Shown in pieces: positions 35,951 to 60,774 of a stretch of 64,000 bases of DNA. The DNA comes from Halichondria panicea (taxonomy: Eukaryota), in NCBI RefSeq assembly GCF_963675165.1, contig NC_087384.1:2678315-2742314 (forward strand), in the 5' to 3' direction. Under the pieces are notes generated by a model that was not told where the DNA came from, ran no database searches, and was given only the letters and a program-made list of their open reading frames with translations. Position numbers and translations under genes: made by a program. How positions within the stretch are numbered: position 1 is the stretch's first letter; each line of letters opens with the position of its first letter.

Positions 35951-36234
35951 ATTTGCATGCATTTTTATTATGTGTATATTGATCGTGTACGTTCATCTGA
36001 TTCCAATTTTTATCTGTGCTTATTGCGTCGATATTTAGCCGCACCATATACATCATGGAGGTCAGAGGTCGTTATAGACCCAGTGTGGGTGGGGTTAAAA
36101 GTTGCGCCCCCAGGGTCTGTAACTAATGCTAGGGGTATCCTCACAAAACCAAAACACAACAGGCTGTTTCTTGCCATTCACAAACTTCTGAATTTTATTG
36201 CCCACCGTATTATTAACTGCGAGAAATTACAAAG

Positions 36235-36289
36235 ATGGCTGCTCCGCCGCTAGAACAAGGAGCACTCCTTCTGAGAAGGCAACTAATAG
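36235..36289 (+). CDS. UBE2G1: UBE2G1 exon 1.
   Basis: MAAPPLEQGALLLRRQLI(E), with a gtgagt donor. Confidence 0.75.
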
Positions 36290-36540
36290 GTGAGTTGGTG
36301 AGTAGCTAGCTAGCTAGCTAGTCAACTCTGGGGTTTTGCACACATGCTCAGATGTAGCTAGCTTGCTAACTGCTGACGTGCATATCATCTGTCCTTAGGC
36401 CAGTGTAATTATGTGTTTAGATATCTGACTACTTAGCCGACCACGAGTACATGTACATGTACGTACCTATATGCATTTTGGTTATAATTATTAGTATAAA
36501 CGTGTGTGATCACTAAATTTGATGATGCTCCCATATTCAG

Positions 36541-36643
36541 AGTTATCTAAGAAACCTGTGGAAGGATTCTCAGCTGGTCTAGTGGACGACGATGACTTGT
36601 ACCAATGGGAGGTCCTCATTATGGGACCACAAGACACATACTA
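36541..36643 (+). CDS. UBE2G1: UBE2G1 exon 2.
   Basis: ELSKKPVEGFSAGLVDDDDLYQWEVLIMGPQDTY, matching human ELNKNPVEGFSAGLIDDNDLYRWEVLIIGPPDTLY. Confidence 0.85.
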
Positions 36644-37030
36644 GTATCCTACTGTATACAACTCGTTTAGTGTTTATTAAGACATTGTTATTCATTAGAC
36701 CCGTGGTGCATTTAGTGTCTATGGCAATTACTGCACCCTCAAGTGGCTTGGAAGTTTGTGTTGGTATGTTGACTTTCAACAACATTCTGTATCTGTTTCG
36801 GACTTTCGATTAGATTCATATTGTAACCGTCTGCTCCTTTTGTGAAATTGTTGAGTCAAGGATGTACGACTAACCTTACTTATACCTACATCTATATAAT
36901 TGTGTGAAATACTTTTAATTTGATTTCCCTACAGTATTTTGATTGTTTATGATGTGATGTACATGCTGCCAGCCTAGGCACAGTACATGTACAGTTTGTG
37001 TGTCAGTTGTCTCCTTGACTTTGTGTTCAG

Positions 37031-37128
37031 TGAAGGTGGGTATTTTAAGGCACACTTGATTTTCCCAAAGGAGTATCCACAGAGACCACCGAAAATGAAA
37101 TTTATCACAGAGATTTGGCATCCAAATG
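37031..37128 (+). CDS. UBE2G1: UBE2G1 exon 3.
   Basis: [33 protein letters not shown], matching human [33 protein letters not shown]. Confidence 0.9.
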
Positions 37129-37248
37129 GTGAGTTCATTATCATTAGTACACACAATATTGGATTTCGTAGTTAGCCATATTGAATCACATAATTATGTT
37201 CGTGTACTAGTACAATGCACTAATGTGCTTAGATTACCATTTCATTAT

Positions 37249-37264
37249 CACACACACACACACG

Positions 37265-37321
<57 letters not shown>
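37249..37321. repeat. (CA)n / CACG microsatellite in UBE2G1 intron 3.
   Basis: Direct read. Confidence 0.95.
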
Positions 37322-37521
37322 CACTCCACCACTAAACACACTGAAAATGGACCTCTTTGGGGTAACCATGGTGAGGGGTTATGTACCGTACATAATATCT
37401 GTGTGTTAGGTGGTTTTTATACTGACGGTTGACCTTTTTTTCAGGGGTGGCCTTTAAGTATAATTATAATTATAGCCAGTACGTTTTTGCATTATACATT
37501 CTCACACATGCACAAATGCAG

Positions 37522-37700
37522 TTGAAAAAAATGGAGATGTGTGCATTTCAATCTTACATGAGCCCGGAGAGGATAAGTGGGGCTATGAAAAGCCTGAAGA
37601 GAGGTGGCTGCCCATACACACTGTGGAGACTATAGCTATCAGTGTCATCTCCATGTTGGCGGACCCTAACGACGAAAGTCCTGCTAACGTTGATGCTGCA
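37522..37700 (+). CDS. UBE2G1: UBE2G1 exon 4, which includes the catalytic Cys (HPN...GDVCISILH).
   Basis: [60 protein letters not shown], near-identical to human UBE2G1. Confidence 0.9.
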
Positions 37701-38382
37701 GTGAGTACTGGTCTTGTGTATACCCTAGTATATTTAATGTTTTTCTTGGTTAGCCTTGAAATTAGGAGCCAGGACAATACATGTGTCCCTTTAAGCCGGA
37801 TAACTGATAATCAAATAGTTAAACCACGCTTTGAGCCACCCACTACACATTTTGTGCATGTGGGCGTCAATATTATCCTCTTTCGTTCATTTTATGCTAT
37901 AATTGGCGTGTTACCGCCCACTAAACACGTAGTCACGTCTGATAGGCACTGCCAACATTCCGGCAAGGGACACGAAATTACTGCAATAGTGACTAGATGT
38001 TCCCTCTAGGAAAAGTCGTGCTCGCGAGACTATATCAGGCCGGGTATCATACACCTGCATTTTGAAGTAGAAGGGGGAAATAAAGCCATGCGCAGGGGCA
38101 TCCAGAAAGATTGAAAGATTGAAAGGGATCGTACGTACCGGATGGTCTAAAAGTCATCCAAACTATTACTTTGTTTTTTTAGAAATCCTAATTATATACA
38201 ACATAGCCGACCCAGGGCATGCCTGGAAAAAATGTGTTGATTAAATGGTCTTAGGTGTATTCTGGTGAGTTTTGAGATTGCCTAAGCGTTCTTGCCTAAG
38301 CGTTCTCGATCATCATAGAATGCTAAATTTTAGGGAGGGGGGAATTGCTGTAGAATTATTCAATCCCTCTCACCCCCTACAG

Positions 38383-38463
38383 AAAGAGTGGCGAGAGCAA
38401 TACACTACTACATTTAAAAAGAAGGTTATGAAATGTGTTCGGAAAAGTCAAGATAGCTTATAA
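38383..38463 (+). CDS. UBE2G1: UBE2G1 terminal exon.
   Basis: KEWREQYTTTFKKKVMKCVRKSQDSL*, matching human KEWREDRNGEFKRKVARCVRKSQETAFE. Confidence 0.85.
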   Translation, partial: KEWREQYTTTFKKKVMKCVRKSQDSL

Positions 38464-39494
38464 CTATTTAGGCCATTATAAAAGTATGTTGTTTTAAATT
38501 CATATTCTGCTGAGTTATATAATTATTATAGTGCAAAAGTAGAGTTGATGTCTATATTGCGTAAATCAACTCGATCCCTCAGTCATAGATGCTCTCTATT
38601 GTTTCATATTCTCTTACATGATCATGCTTCTGTATAGAATATTTATTTTGGATTGTAAAAACATAAACACACGCGACTATTATAATTATTTTGCTGTCAT
38701 ACTACGTATACGTACTGTTAGCTAGTAATTAATGACACCACATGCATGCTGTACGTAGTGTATAGATATACATGCAATTCAATTTTATAACATGTATATA
38801 TTTCAAATACATTATTTGGTATAATTATAATCGCATGTTGTCCTATTATTCACTGTGATTCGTACAGTGATTAATCGCGTATCAGTAATTGCACGTCGTC
38901 ATTAACGACGTGCAATTACTGCCTTGACGACCGCACGTTCAAATAACGGCCGCGGCTAATCTGAAACTGCAGCTAAAAATGTCCTTAAAACTGCATCACA
39001 AACGACAATAGTATGGATATACTCGTGCAATATATAATAAGGGATTAATAACAAGCACTGCCAGTGCTAATTGTTATACACATGCTATTAATCCCATATT
39101 GCACTCTTATCCATATATATATTATATACTACTAATTTATTGTGTACATGTAGCTGTATAGGGACCAAAAATAATTTATAATGCACGCCCTCGATCCACA
39201 TGCATGTTTCCCTCCATATATTTTATGGCATGGATATAATAATTATAATATACAGTACTTTTTTTGAATAATAAAATTATGTGTTGCTGATAATTATGCC
39301 ACAAATCTTTGATATAAAAAGAAATCTATAGACAGAAAATACTCACAGCGCCTGTACCAGTAATTATATATAGACATAAATAATAAGTCATTTGCACAAA
39401 ATATCAGCAACAAATTTAAATTAGCTATTTCACATAAAATTTGATACAACAATTACATGTACTTACAAACAAACTAGGGTGGAGTGTTAAAAGT

Positions 39495-50212
<10,718 letters not shown>

Positions 50213-50529
50213 CTTTATACAGACCTCAAATACAGAATTTGGCTACACTCAAATAATTTATGCTGTGTCCACCCAACATTAATTCAGTGGACCTGCCCAT
50301 TTCCCGTATACTCAACTGTATTATCCGTATACTAGTTTGAAATTCCGTGTCACATGACTGGTAATTTCTGCTTTAACCCCTTTGGCCGTGACATTAAATA
50401 TTATGGTAAATAGGCGTGGCTATCTTTTTTGTGGCCCATGCTTTCTGCACTGCTTGCTAGAGAACTGGCTACCTATGGTATAGTACTGGTGTGCATATTA
50501 TAGTATAGTAATCAAGCAAAGATCAGAGA

Positions 50530-53500
50530 ATGGATCACATCTCGTTGTTGTACTGGCTAGGGTTTCTGGTGAAGATATTGGCTGTGCTGCTAGTGCTGAG
50601 GTATTAACACCAACACCAGTCATGTCATGATACCAGAGGGAGCATGATACCAGCTAACTGCAATCTAGTATACTCTGTTATTAAGTATGCACTGTATTTT
50701 TTTTTTTTGCCATGCTAGGCTGCTGGTGTGGGGTGTGTTCTATCTGGTCGACAGGTTCCTAGGGCTGAGTGTGACAGTCAGTGGGTGGAGGATCGGAGGA
50801 TTTGAGAGTCTACAGATTAAGTATCAGCGTCTAGAACTGGTAGGTATGATCACCTGCAAGTGACGTTTATAGTAAATACATCTATTATTGTGAGGTTTGC
50901 ATACCGAATTAGTTAACCTTTCATTTATGTTGTGTTAATGTTGACATTATAGATTATCTCTATCTCTATCTCATATCATAATCTGTGCCCTCATTTTGCA
51001 GCAAGTGAACGGGCTCCACATATCTCTGAGGTGGTTCGACCGCTCATGTCGGTAAGTGCTGACATCACATTCCATTTCTGTTAGTAATTAGAGCATTATC
51101 TCACTCGTGCATTTGTGCAAGTGTTGCAATTATTTTTAGTTCATTGCACTGCAGGCACTTCTTCAAAGTCAACATCAAAGGCACCCATGTGGAGTACGCT
51201 AAGACCCCAGGAGGAGGTAATTCAGCACCTGCCAGGCCTCGCAAAACTCGATTAAGTAATTCGCTGAAGAAGAGGCTTTTCTACTCAATAGTGAGGAGAA
51301 TACTAAAGGTATGAGTGTATAGCTGCTAAACGAGTGTAATAAGTAGGAGCAGTGTTACAGTCGTGTGACTAGATTAATTAGTTGAGCTATTATAGTGTAA
51401 GTAGGAAACATACTTGCTCCAAGCGGGTGGCAGAACATTTCAAGCGGGTAAAAATTAACCTGCTAACCCCAGGTTAGTACATGTTGTTTACAAGCCCTTA
51501 AGTGAGATCCTTTGCTTCGTTTGCAAAGGCAGATATTATTGACTAACGTGCATCAATTGACACTGATACACATGCATTGGTGCCTAGCTTGCGATAGGCT
51601 AAGTAAATTACTTTTCTTTTAGCTATGGCACCCTCTCTGTAGCATTGATATTTAAATCACTCCACCCACTCAGTGGACGGAGGTGTCAGTGAAGTGCCTG
51701 GAGGTATGGGTACAAGACTACTCAAAAGAGGATGTTACACCTGGGGCTATGCTACAAGGCCAGTTGTCCATCATTGCCAAGCCACTTCCTCAAGGGTAAG
51801 ACACCCTGCGTACTGATACGTATTGTGTGCGGGCATAGGTACAGAAATGTGTGCATTGAATGTCTGCATATGCAGTGAGCTGGGGCTGTCACTGGACGTG
51901 GAAAATATGTTGGGACAACTCTTTGTTCAACTGGAACAGGTAAACACATGGCTCAGTTTACTACGTATAATTATGAAGCCCGTTAGAAAACGAGAAGACT
52001 GCTACACCTAGTGTACTTTGTGTACTTGCACTGCATGTAGTTGCTTTGGCGGTGGTCTCTACCGTGTTTAGCTCACAGTTCTAAACAATGTGCACTTATT
52101 TTGACCTTACGTATCTGAGTACAGTGACCCGGCCTAGAGCCGTTTTTAGTAATGAGAATTGATTTGTGTAAAATTATTCACACATTCCCTGCACCCATCC
52201 TCACGACAGCCATGCACATACACTGAGGACGGTCTGTATCCGTTGGCTGACTTTAAGTTCTGTGCCAAAACGGTTCTCTTCCTCCAGCCCCTCTCTCTGA
52301 AGGGGGGTCTGGTCAAGTCAGTACAGCTCAATGTAGTCCCTCTCACACTCTCTCTATCCCAGCAAGGTAAGGGCTAGAAAATTGAGCTTTCTTGATTTGA
52401 TTTCTAACTAGTAAGCTATTACATGCAGTAGAGCCTCTTCCACACTTGTAGCTATTCGAATAAGATTATAAGGCGAATGTGTATATATGTAAGGAGCACA
52501 CTATATGGAGCGAGAGGGAAGGAGGAGATTGATTTTTATTTTTGTTATTTGTTTCTTTAAATACATACAATCACTCCTGATATAATGTATGAATCCTCCA
52601 CCAGGACTATTGAGCAACCTACTCATTGACTACCAGCTCTCCTCACAACCCTCCACAAATGCCACACCCCCTAGCAATCCCCAGCAGAGACTAGCACTTC
52701 TACCTGAGGTTCGTGCACACTGAAATCTTTTTCCTCATGAGGTTTGTCATAATGTGGTGATTTTCCTCACACAGAAGGTTGAAGTGGTACTGGAAAATGT
52801 GAGCCTGTTGTACCAAGCCCTAGGAACCAGTAGGTACGTTACATGTACAGTACACTGTAGGTTTGAGTTGTCTAGGGCGGAGTGTTTCACTACTCTCTTT
52901 TACAATACAGTCTAAGAATGAAATAGCCGCATTACCTGTAGATCATGATTAATTTACATGAGCACTTTCGGTGCATCTTTGAACACAGATATATAATTTC
53001 CTGTTGTTCTTTGTTGCCTCCGTGCAGAGTGCTGTCATCCAAGGTGACGAGAGTATCAGTGGCAGCTGCTCTATCTCTGAAGGAGGACTCTCACCTGCCG
53101 AGCATGGACGCATCACTAGGAGTCCAAGGTGAGGAAAGGGTGCATTAATTCTGTAATGAAATAATCGAATCTTGGTGACAATAATGTGTAGATGCCAGTG
53201 ACGGATCCAGGGAGATCCAAATGAGCAAATTAAAGGAACCCCCCCTTTGCTCAGAGTGTTAGAATTGATTTTTAGCCATCTAACAGTGATCTACAGATAA
53301 TTTATTGTAATAATGTCAATACTGGCCTGTTCTAAGCTGTAGCTAAAAGCAGTGGCTTCTATACACTGATCACGTTGCAAGCTCTGCAATTATTAGTACA
53401 GAGATGTACATGTACATCTATGTAGGCAGAGATTGAACCGGAATTGAGCGTTACTCTAAAAATTTCACACTTTGCGCGGGGAGACTATTCACCCTAAGGG

Positions 53501-56500
53501 CTCGTTGTCCTTTAGGAACCACCTTTTTATAATTTCTGGATCCGCCACTGGATGCAACTTTACTCTGCATCTTCTTGAAGCATTCTTACTCGTGCGTTAA
53601 GTGACAGACAGCTTATACTAAGTATATGTACGTTGAGTGTGCAGGTACATGTATGTAGTATACGTACTGCAAGTATAAATTCATGTATATATTTCTACAC
53701 TGATCCACCCCAGATCTCAAGATGGAGGACTCCCACAGCAGAAGAGCAGTCAGGTTACAGCAGCTGAGGCTGGTCTCCAAGGTGAGTCTCATCACGATAT
53801 GATCGTTATACTGCATTTCCTTATGCAGCAATGAGTATCTTTAGACCCCTTCCTCCCACCGTTACATGCATGCACAGCATCTCTCGAATTTTCATCTCGC
53901 GTTACCCAGTAGTGTTATTCAAATGAATTTGTCAGCTGCCGTGATCGTCTAGAGGTTAGGACATTACGTTGTGGCCGTAATAACCCAGGTTCGAATCCTG
54001 GTCACGGCATTCTTTTTGCAACTCTACGCAAATTAACTACACAAACGTACATATGCATACAATGCATCTCTCTACACATTCACAGATGACCTCCAAAGAG
54101 CTCACCAACAAGCTACACATAGACTCATTCAATGCAACTCTGTGGGAGGAAGAGGTGTTATTCTGGTACAAGTACGCTCGAGAAACTCTTAATAAGATTA
54201 AAGTAAAATTGAAATCACGACAAAAAAAGAGCAGTCATCAATCACAACAAAATTCACCGAACTTAATATCATATTTGTTCAAGCTACCGTTGTCAGTAGT
54301 AACCAGTTTTGAGTCTTCTGATTGGTCGATTCAACTGCATTCTGAGGCACCAGCCTTACAAGCCAAAGAGCCATTATGTCGTATTGTTATGGCAACCTGT
54401 GCTGGTAACGTGCAGTGGGACTCATCTGAGGTCAACAAATCCACACTCTTAAAGTAAGCAGTTTGTGATTCATCGTGTACTATGTACAGTGTTAACCAGA
54501 ATTTGCCGCCAACGTTGTATCAATTATCCGAGATTGAGCACTCTTCTACAGTGTTTATGCACAGGGCTGGTACCCTGACCAGGCAGTACCTAGCCTCTAG
54601 AGTTGTAGACATAGATGAGTGTACCAGGCATTGAGCACTATAATTATGTAGAAATATTAGTTAAATACATACATGCACACTGTAACTATTATCATAGAAG
54701 TACATGTACAAGCTAGCACTCTCACTAGCTGTTTATAAATATCTTCTAATTTATCGGACACTTCTAGTTATCCCAGACACTTTTCTGGGCAATTTTCGTT
54801 GTTCTAATACAGCGGACACTTCTGAATTTTTACAAATATCCAAGCATTGTAGCTTTATAGCCAGCAAGAGCTGCAATTAAGTAGATAGCTTTGAGGATTG
54901 ATAGATAGCTATAGTGCAACTTTTCAGTTGCACATGCACTGTTACTCAGCTAGCTCGCATGTAACTGCATGCTTGTTCTAATTATTCCGGACACTTTGCG
55001 TCTATAATCCGTTCAGGGACAATTTCCAATTTTTTGCTGTCTGATAAATTTATACAGTACATGCAACTGTACGCTACACTTGTACATGTGTAGCTGTGTA
55101 TATGCATGTGTACACTAACTTAGTAACCCCCCCAATGACTCACAGGTCATCGCTTCGTCTGGCCAACGCCTACCTCCATGTACCTGGCTACCACCCGACT
55201 GTTGATAACCCCACATTCTTCCGACAGCGACCCGATAACCCTCAAGCCCTTCCCTCATTGCATAGCCACCTTTGGGGGAGGGTTATCTCGATAGGAGTGC
55301 TTGTCCTCAAGAGTGAGAGGGAGGTGCAAGTTTCAGACAAAGATTGGGCGTGGCTTGGTGATGAGGGTGTGTCTGTGAGGGGAGAGGGAAGCAGTGTGAT
55401 GCTGGAGTGGTCTCAACCAACAGTGGTTGCCATGGTGAGGGTGTTGGAGCATTTGAAGACAAATTATGGGATGTTTAAACATGAGGGGCGGAATGAAGGA
55501 GGTGGTCGAGACAAAAAGAGCACGGAACGGATGAGCAACCTACCACAAATAGACTTGGAGTTGCAACTCACAGACATCAATCTGTTCCTCTATGCCCTCA
55601 CTCCAGGTAAATAACAGTGGGGTCCCATGCGTTATATTTCCATAAGCTGCTTGCCTTTATTTTCGATTAATTTTATACTGTAATAGGTAATATTACATTA
55701 CGTACCACCGTAATTATTGTATCTCATTAAATTTATGTCATAATAATTATTATCATCTTCAAATCCTAATAACATGTAATTGCGCAATCATTCCAGACAT
55801 GCAGTATTCACTGTTACAATGTGCATCTCACCATGCCCCCCCACAGAGCCCCCCACACTGATGGTGCGTCTAGACGCTGGCTCCCTCTCCACGACCCCCA
55901 GTCCCTCTCTCACCCTACACCGCCTCCTCCTGGACGACATGCACCTCTCATCGTTCACGCAGGTAGATTATAGTTGTATCATGAATGCATTCTACAAGCT
56001 ACATACCTCGCTGAAAGTGTCATGCACTTTCTGGTCTTTATCACTATTGCCAGTAGGCACCATCAATTTCCTACATGTAGCCAGACTGCATGTAGCTACG
56101 TTGCTTCTGCGTTTTTCACATACCATACTTTTCCTACATCCATATTTTGTAGAAGATCTACGTGACTAAGTCAAGTACAGTGTACATTTGTATCTACATA
56201 ATGTCATGGAATCATTCTACACATATAGTACATGTACAGGATCAGGAGTGCATGCACTCCTTTACATGTACCAGTGTACTTTTGTACTTTTGTAGATAAT
56301 GTTATCTGATAACCATTGCATGCAGCTGCGTATCGCATGCTGGCCAGCAAGTTTGCAACTTTCCTTCTCTCCACCTTTGCAAATGCTAATGGCACCTTCT
56401 GTACTGTAGGTGTTTGTCTGCTCTGACACTGCCAACCTCCCCCATGGAGCAGGAGTGCTCTGTGTGGGATCCACTGGGATCACTTATGACCCCCAAATTC

Positions 56501-59500
56501 AGGTGAGCTTCATTACATGTCCTCAGGTGCTGGCTAGGCTGCCATTGACTAATTCATTTGTGGGATGGCGGGCTCCTATACATGTACTTCACTGGCTGTG
56601 TATAATCAATTTTGCTTTTTCTGTGTTTCTATTATTTTGTGGAAGGCATTTTTAATGCATGTACTATTTGAGTAATGTTTTAAACTATTGCACGTTTCTT
56701 TTGTTTGTGCGTACATGTACAATATACAAGACACACTTATCCACTTGTAGGATGTGAGTTTGACACTGACTGACGTCACAGTGAGCTGGTCCACCACTGC
56801 CCATCGCTGCATCTTCAGGGCCCTCACCTGTCTACAGGAGAACACCACCATGCTGAGAGGTCAGCCTCCTTTCATATACATGATTGTACATGTAGTACGT
56901 GTCAATAATACATACCCTAAATATATGTATTATTGTTGCGATATAAGATTTGATCTTGATCACGTTCTTGTGTGCAAGCTGGTCTGTACGTGAAGAATGC
57001 TTTTGTGCTGTTTTTAATACAGCTACGACGTCCCACCCGATCTGCTACTGGTGCTTGTTAAGTATTAATTACCTTCGTATGACTTTTCGCTGCTGCAGGT
57101 GTTCTTGGAATAGCCCCCACTCCTTCCCCTCGGACAGCTAAAGGGGAGATGGTTGCCGTGGGTGATGTGATGCAGGGTTACCTGCAGAAACTACCAGTGT
57201 CTCTGAATGTCCGTGTTAACAAGGCCAACTGTGTGGGACAGCTGGACAAGAGGATAAGGTGTGTGTGGGGGAGGGGCAGTGGTGGGAAGGGGATACTATT
57301 CATGTGCATACATTGTACCTTATGCTCACTTATGATTTCTCCACATACTTTTAGTGTGCTATAATATTATGCTTAAAATGTGCATAAAAGCTTGTCTCAA
57401 CATAGTCTCAAAATTAATACATAGCTGCTACATGAAGGTGTACAATTTAAGTAACATACAATCCAAAGAGTGTGTACTTCACTCTCTACCCCCTCCCTGC
57501 AGAGTGTATATGTCTCTCACCAACATCCAGTCCAGTGTGAATGGCGGTGTCTTTATGACCAGCTCTCAAGAGATCGCGGTCACTTTCGACCACGCCAGAA
57601 TTATGACTCTGTTGGAGTTCATTACTCGATTCCCTCAGCAGGAGGGCAAGATGGTGGAAGAGAGGAAGGGACTCAAATACCAGCTGCAACAGCAGAGCAA
57701 CTCTGTCCTGTGAGTGATGCCCTTATACCGTATAGCGCGAAATGTTCGAGGGGCTTAATTTTCGCTGGGTCCACGAAATTGATTAGCTGCTTTAATATTA
57801 AAGGCGTGGCTTCCGGTAAGCAGTCAACCCACAAAGATTATGCAACGAAATGCTTTTAGAGGCCATTCCACGGAATATAAGTGCCTCAAAAATTTCGCAG
57901 AATACGGTACTTCAGTAAAATAATATTGCTTTTAGCTAGGGAACTAAAAAGTGTGTAAAGTGTGTGTGTGGTTTTGCAGTAAATGGTGTGGATTGTTCGG
58001 GTGATTGATCAATGCCATTGTGGTGTGAGTTATGTGAGCTGTAATGTAGTATTGTCAATTAAGGTAGCAAGCGTGTAATAAGAGTCATACAGTCCCTTCC
58101 GTTTTTTCTGTGTTCACGTAGCCTCAGTGTAAATTTGGTAAAGGTTGTTACGATATAAAACACATAATATATAGCTTGATACCGAGTGTTGTATGAAAAA
58201 CTACCCGAGTTACGTGAGAGACACTGCATTATGGTAGTTGTCATGTGACAGGGTGTGGCAATGATGGTGTTCCACGTGATAGGAGCTCACACCACTGAGT
58301 GTGTGTGTGCACTGATCTGTAGCAATCAATACTGAGCCACTACTCAGGAGCAGCGAAATTCCGCTTTAATTAATTTTTGCTTGTATCAAATTTGTATTGA
58401 AGTTTCTAGTACATGTATGACTCGTGTAATCAAGTTGAAGGTTGTTTACGTACATGTATAATTTATACAGATGTATGTATATGTATACTCATAAGTATCA
58501 ATTTTGGACCACACTACCACAGGTGGTTGCAGGCGTATCGACTGGACCTCATCTTTCCTCACGACTACAACTTCTCTCTCGCCTATGACAAGGTACAAGC
58601 CTACTTGGCAGAATTTTAGAATTTTAGATTAAGTTTTATCTCATCACTTCCCATACAGCTGTACATTGTTCATTGTATCTCCCGTGCAGCTGACTAATGT
58701 GAGGAAGTTTCTCCAGAAGCTTCACTCTGGTTCCCCTGGTAACAGTGACCCCTCCATACGGTACCTTCTCCCTGACGTCTCCGCAGAGTGTGAGGATATT
58801 GTGCTACAAGTCAGCGATGACCCATTCGAGATGAAGCTTAGAGCTAACTACGAGGTGGGGCTGGTATCAATGGGGTGTGGGAGAGGGTGTGGCTAGTATT
58901 GGTATATATATATATATATATAGGTAATAATTACTGGCAGAACTGTGCATGAAAGTGGGGAATTGAGCTAGGATACTCCTTCAGTTGCAAGCTAGTGGGT
59001 TAGGGTTACTAGGGTAGGGCACGTGTACGGTTACAGGCAATTCGGTATAATATGTCAGTTGTATGGATTAGGAATTTACATGTATAATGCATGCACATAT
59101 GGATCATCTTGATTTGGCTTATACATGTAGCTAACTATTCCCATCCACCTCCTTTTCTAACCCCACCCCCTCCAGCTGTTGTGTGACGAGGCAAAGGAGA
59201 AGAGCAAAAGACGAGAAGCGTTTGAGGAGAAACTGAGCCAAGTCCGACAGGAACAGGGCGTCACTGCCGTGTCAGGTGACTACACTCATCCCCATATAAT
59301 CCTTGTAGTGTTAATTGTAGTAGTTGCATGTACACAGTGCATACTGTAAGTGTCCCTCCATTAACTGTTTACGTAAATCAGAACTGCTAATGCTTAGCTG
59401 TGTGGAGTAAAGGCTTGAAAGAAATTTATTCTGAATGCTCAAAATCTCAAGTTGCAAAATCTGCCTTTTAAGAATATATACTGTAATGTACTAACACGTG

Positions 59501-60660
59501 CTTTTTTCTTACTTATTTTTTTCTTGTGCACCCAGGAGAGAAGGTGCAAAGTCTATATGCCTCTCTTGAGGTGACGGACAGTGAGATCTACTGCCAGAGG
59601 GCGAAGACTATGTACAGCTGCCCTGAAGAGATTACTACCGGACTGTTCATGTTCTCAATGGAGCACACCAAGCTCGGGGCACTGTTTGACCCCACCCTAC
59701 TGGGGGAGGAGAATCTGGTCAAGAATCTGCGAGAGATTGACGCTCAAAGGTGGGTCTGCATGTATGGGAACATGGGAACATGTGTAAAAGAGGTAACTTT
59801 TAACCTGTACATGTACATGTAGATCAAAGTACATACATGTACATGTGTACGCACAGTCATACAATGCATACTAGTGTGCCATAACTATATATACTTGTAC
59901 ATGTACATGCATGTATGATATTGACACCGACAGTCATACCTTAGTGTCCTGAAACTGAGTATGCCCACACCAACGTGTGAACTAGTCATATAAAATTGTC
60001 ACTCCACTTTTCCTTGTGCAGTCCCTTGCCCGAAGGCTACAGCTTCTCCACTTTGTTTGGTTGCTATGTGACAGGCAGCACTGACAAACTGCAGGTGAGC
60101 CACTACACATGGTGTAAATTCAGGTGCATACATGAATACACAACATGCTGATTTATCATTGTCACATGATTCCTGCCCCCCAGATGCAAGTACGAGACTA
60201 CCCTGCCCCCCTTATTGCCATCACTGAGATTACCACCACTGGACGCATGGTTCTGGCCGAGCAGGAGGCTCGTGACAGAGGTGAGGGTGGTGTGTGTGTG
60301 TGTGTGTGTGGGCGTGTAGTGCACGTACTATGGTAAATGAAGGTGGGGCTCGATTTTTACTGCATATGGGTAGGTACAAAGACAGATGAGTCTGCATGTA
60401 CATGTACGTGCATGTATATACAAAGCCAATAGCCATTACACAAAATATACAATAATTATGGTAATGGTGCATAATTATCGATTTGGGGTTGGTACAGTCA
60501 TACAGCTACATGAATGTACCGTTTGTACCCTCCCTGCATTTATGTACACTCCTCTACAGAGGTAAGGTCAGCTGTAGTGGAGGTGGGTCATCCATGGTCC
60601 AGTGTCACTGTGAAGAGGAAGCTACCTCCACTCAAGTATTACTATGACTTGGAGATGAGT
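50530..60660 (+). CDS. BLTP2: BLTP2 / KIAA0100 (Hobbit)-like bridge-like lipid-transfer protein gene, N-terminal half only (more than 25 exons in the window). ATG is at 50530; the gene probably continues beyond 60660 or the window end. Well-defined exons include 50530-50600, 50719-50839, 51002-51051, 51155-51216, 51674-51795, 51876-51939, about 54083-54452, about 55146-55610, 57500-57712, 58686-58853, 59174-59276, 59535-59750, 60184-60289 and 60562-60660.
   Basis: N-terminal signal-anchor MDHISLLYWLGFLVKILAVLLVLRLLVWGVFYLV, then RFLGLSVTVSGWRIGGFESLQIKYQRLELQVNGLHISLRWFDRS (matching recalled human ...[33 protein letters not shown]). Later exons FEMKLRANYE / LLCDEAKEKSKRREAFEEK / SLYASLEVTDSEIYCQRAKTMY / VRDYPAPLIAITE / RKLPPLKYYYDLEM match recalled KIAA0100 blocks [22 protein letters not shown]...[22 protein letters not shown]...IRDYPRYLFEIRD...NMPPLKFYHDFHSE. 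Confidence 0.55.
53937..54009 (+). tRNA. tRNA-His (anticodon GTG), in an intron of the BLTP2-like gene, same strand.
   Basis: GCCGTGATCGTCTAGAGGTTAGGACATTACGTTGTGGCCGTAATAACCCAGGTTCGAATCCTGGTCACGGCA. It has a perfect 7-bp acceptor stem, a 5-bp anticodon stem TTACG/CGTAA with loop TTGTGGC, a GGTTCGAATCC T-loop, and no encoded G-1 (eukaryotic type). It is near-identical to recalled human tRNA-His-GTG. Confidence 0.9.
54010..54017 (+). terminator. Pol III terminator T-run (TTCTTTTT) immediately 3' of tRNA-His.
   Basis: Direct read. Confidence 0.7.
54730..55058 (+). mobile_element. MITE family C copy in a BLTP2-like intron.
   Basis: atatcttctaatttatcggacac ... ctgtctgataaatttatac. Confidence 0.7.
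57721..57915 (+). mobile_element. MITE family B copy (twin of 5576-5803) in a BLTP2-like intron.
   Basis: ccgtatagcgcgaaatgttcgagg...cgcagaatacggtac. Confidence 0.75.
58904..58922. repeat. (TA)n microsatellite.
   Basis: Direct read. Confidence 0.9.
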
Positions 60661-60774
60661 AAGTGTATTTTACAATGCAAAATTAATCACATGACGGTCA
60701 CAGCGGTAGACTACATGTACATGTGTAGTTTATGCTTACATGTATTGTAATTATTCTCCATCTACGTACATGTA

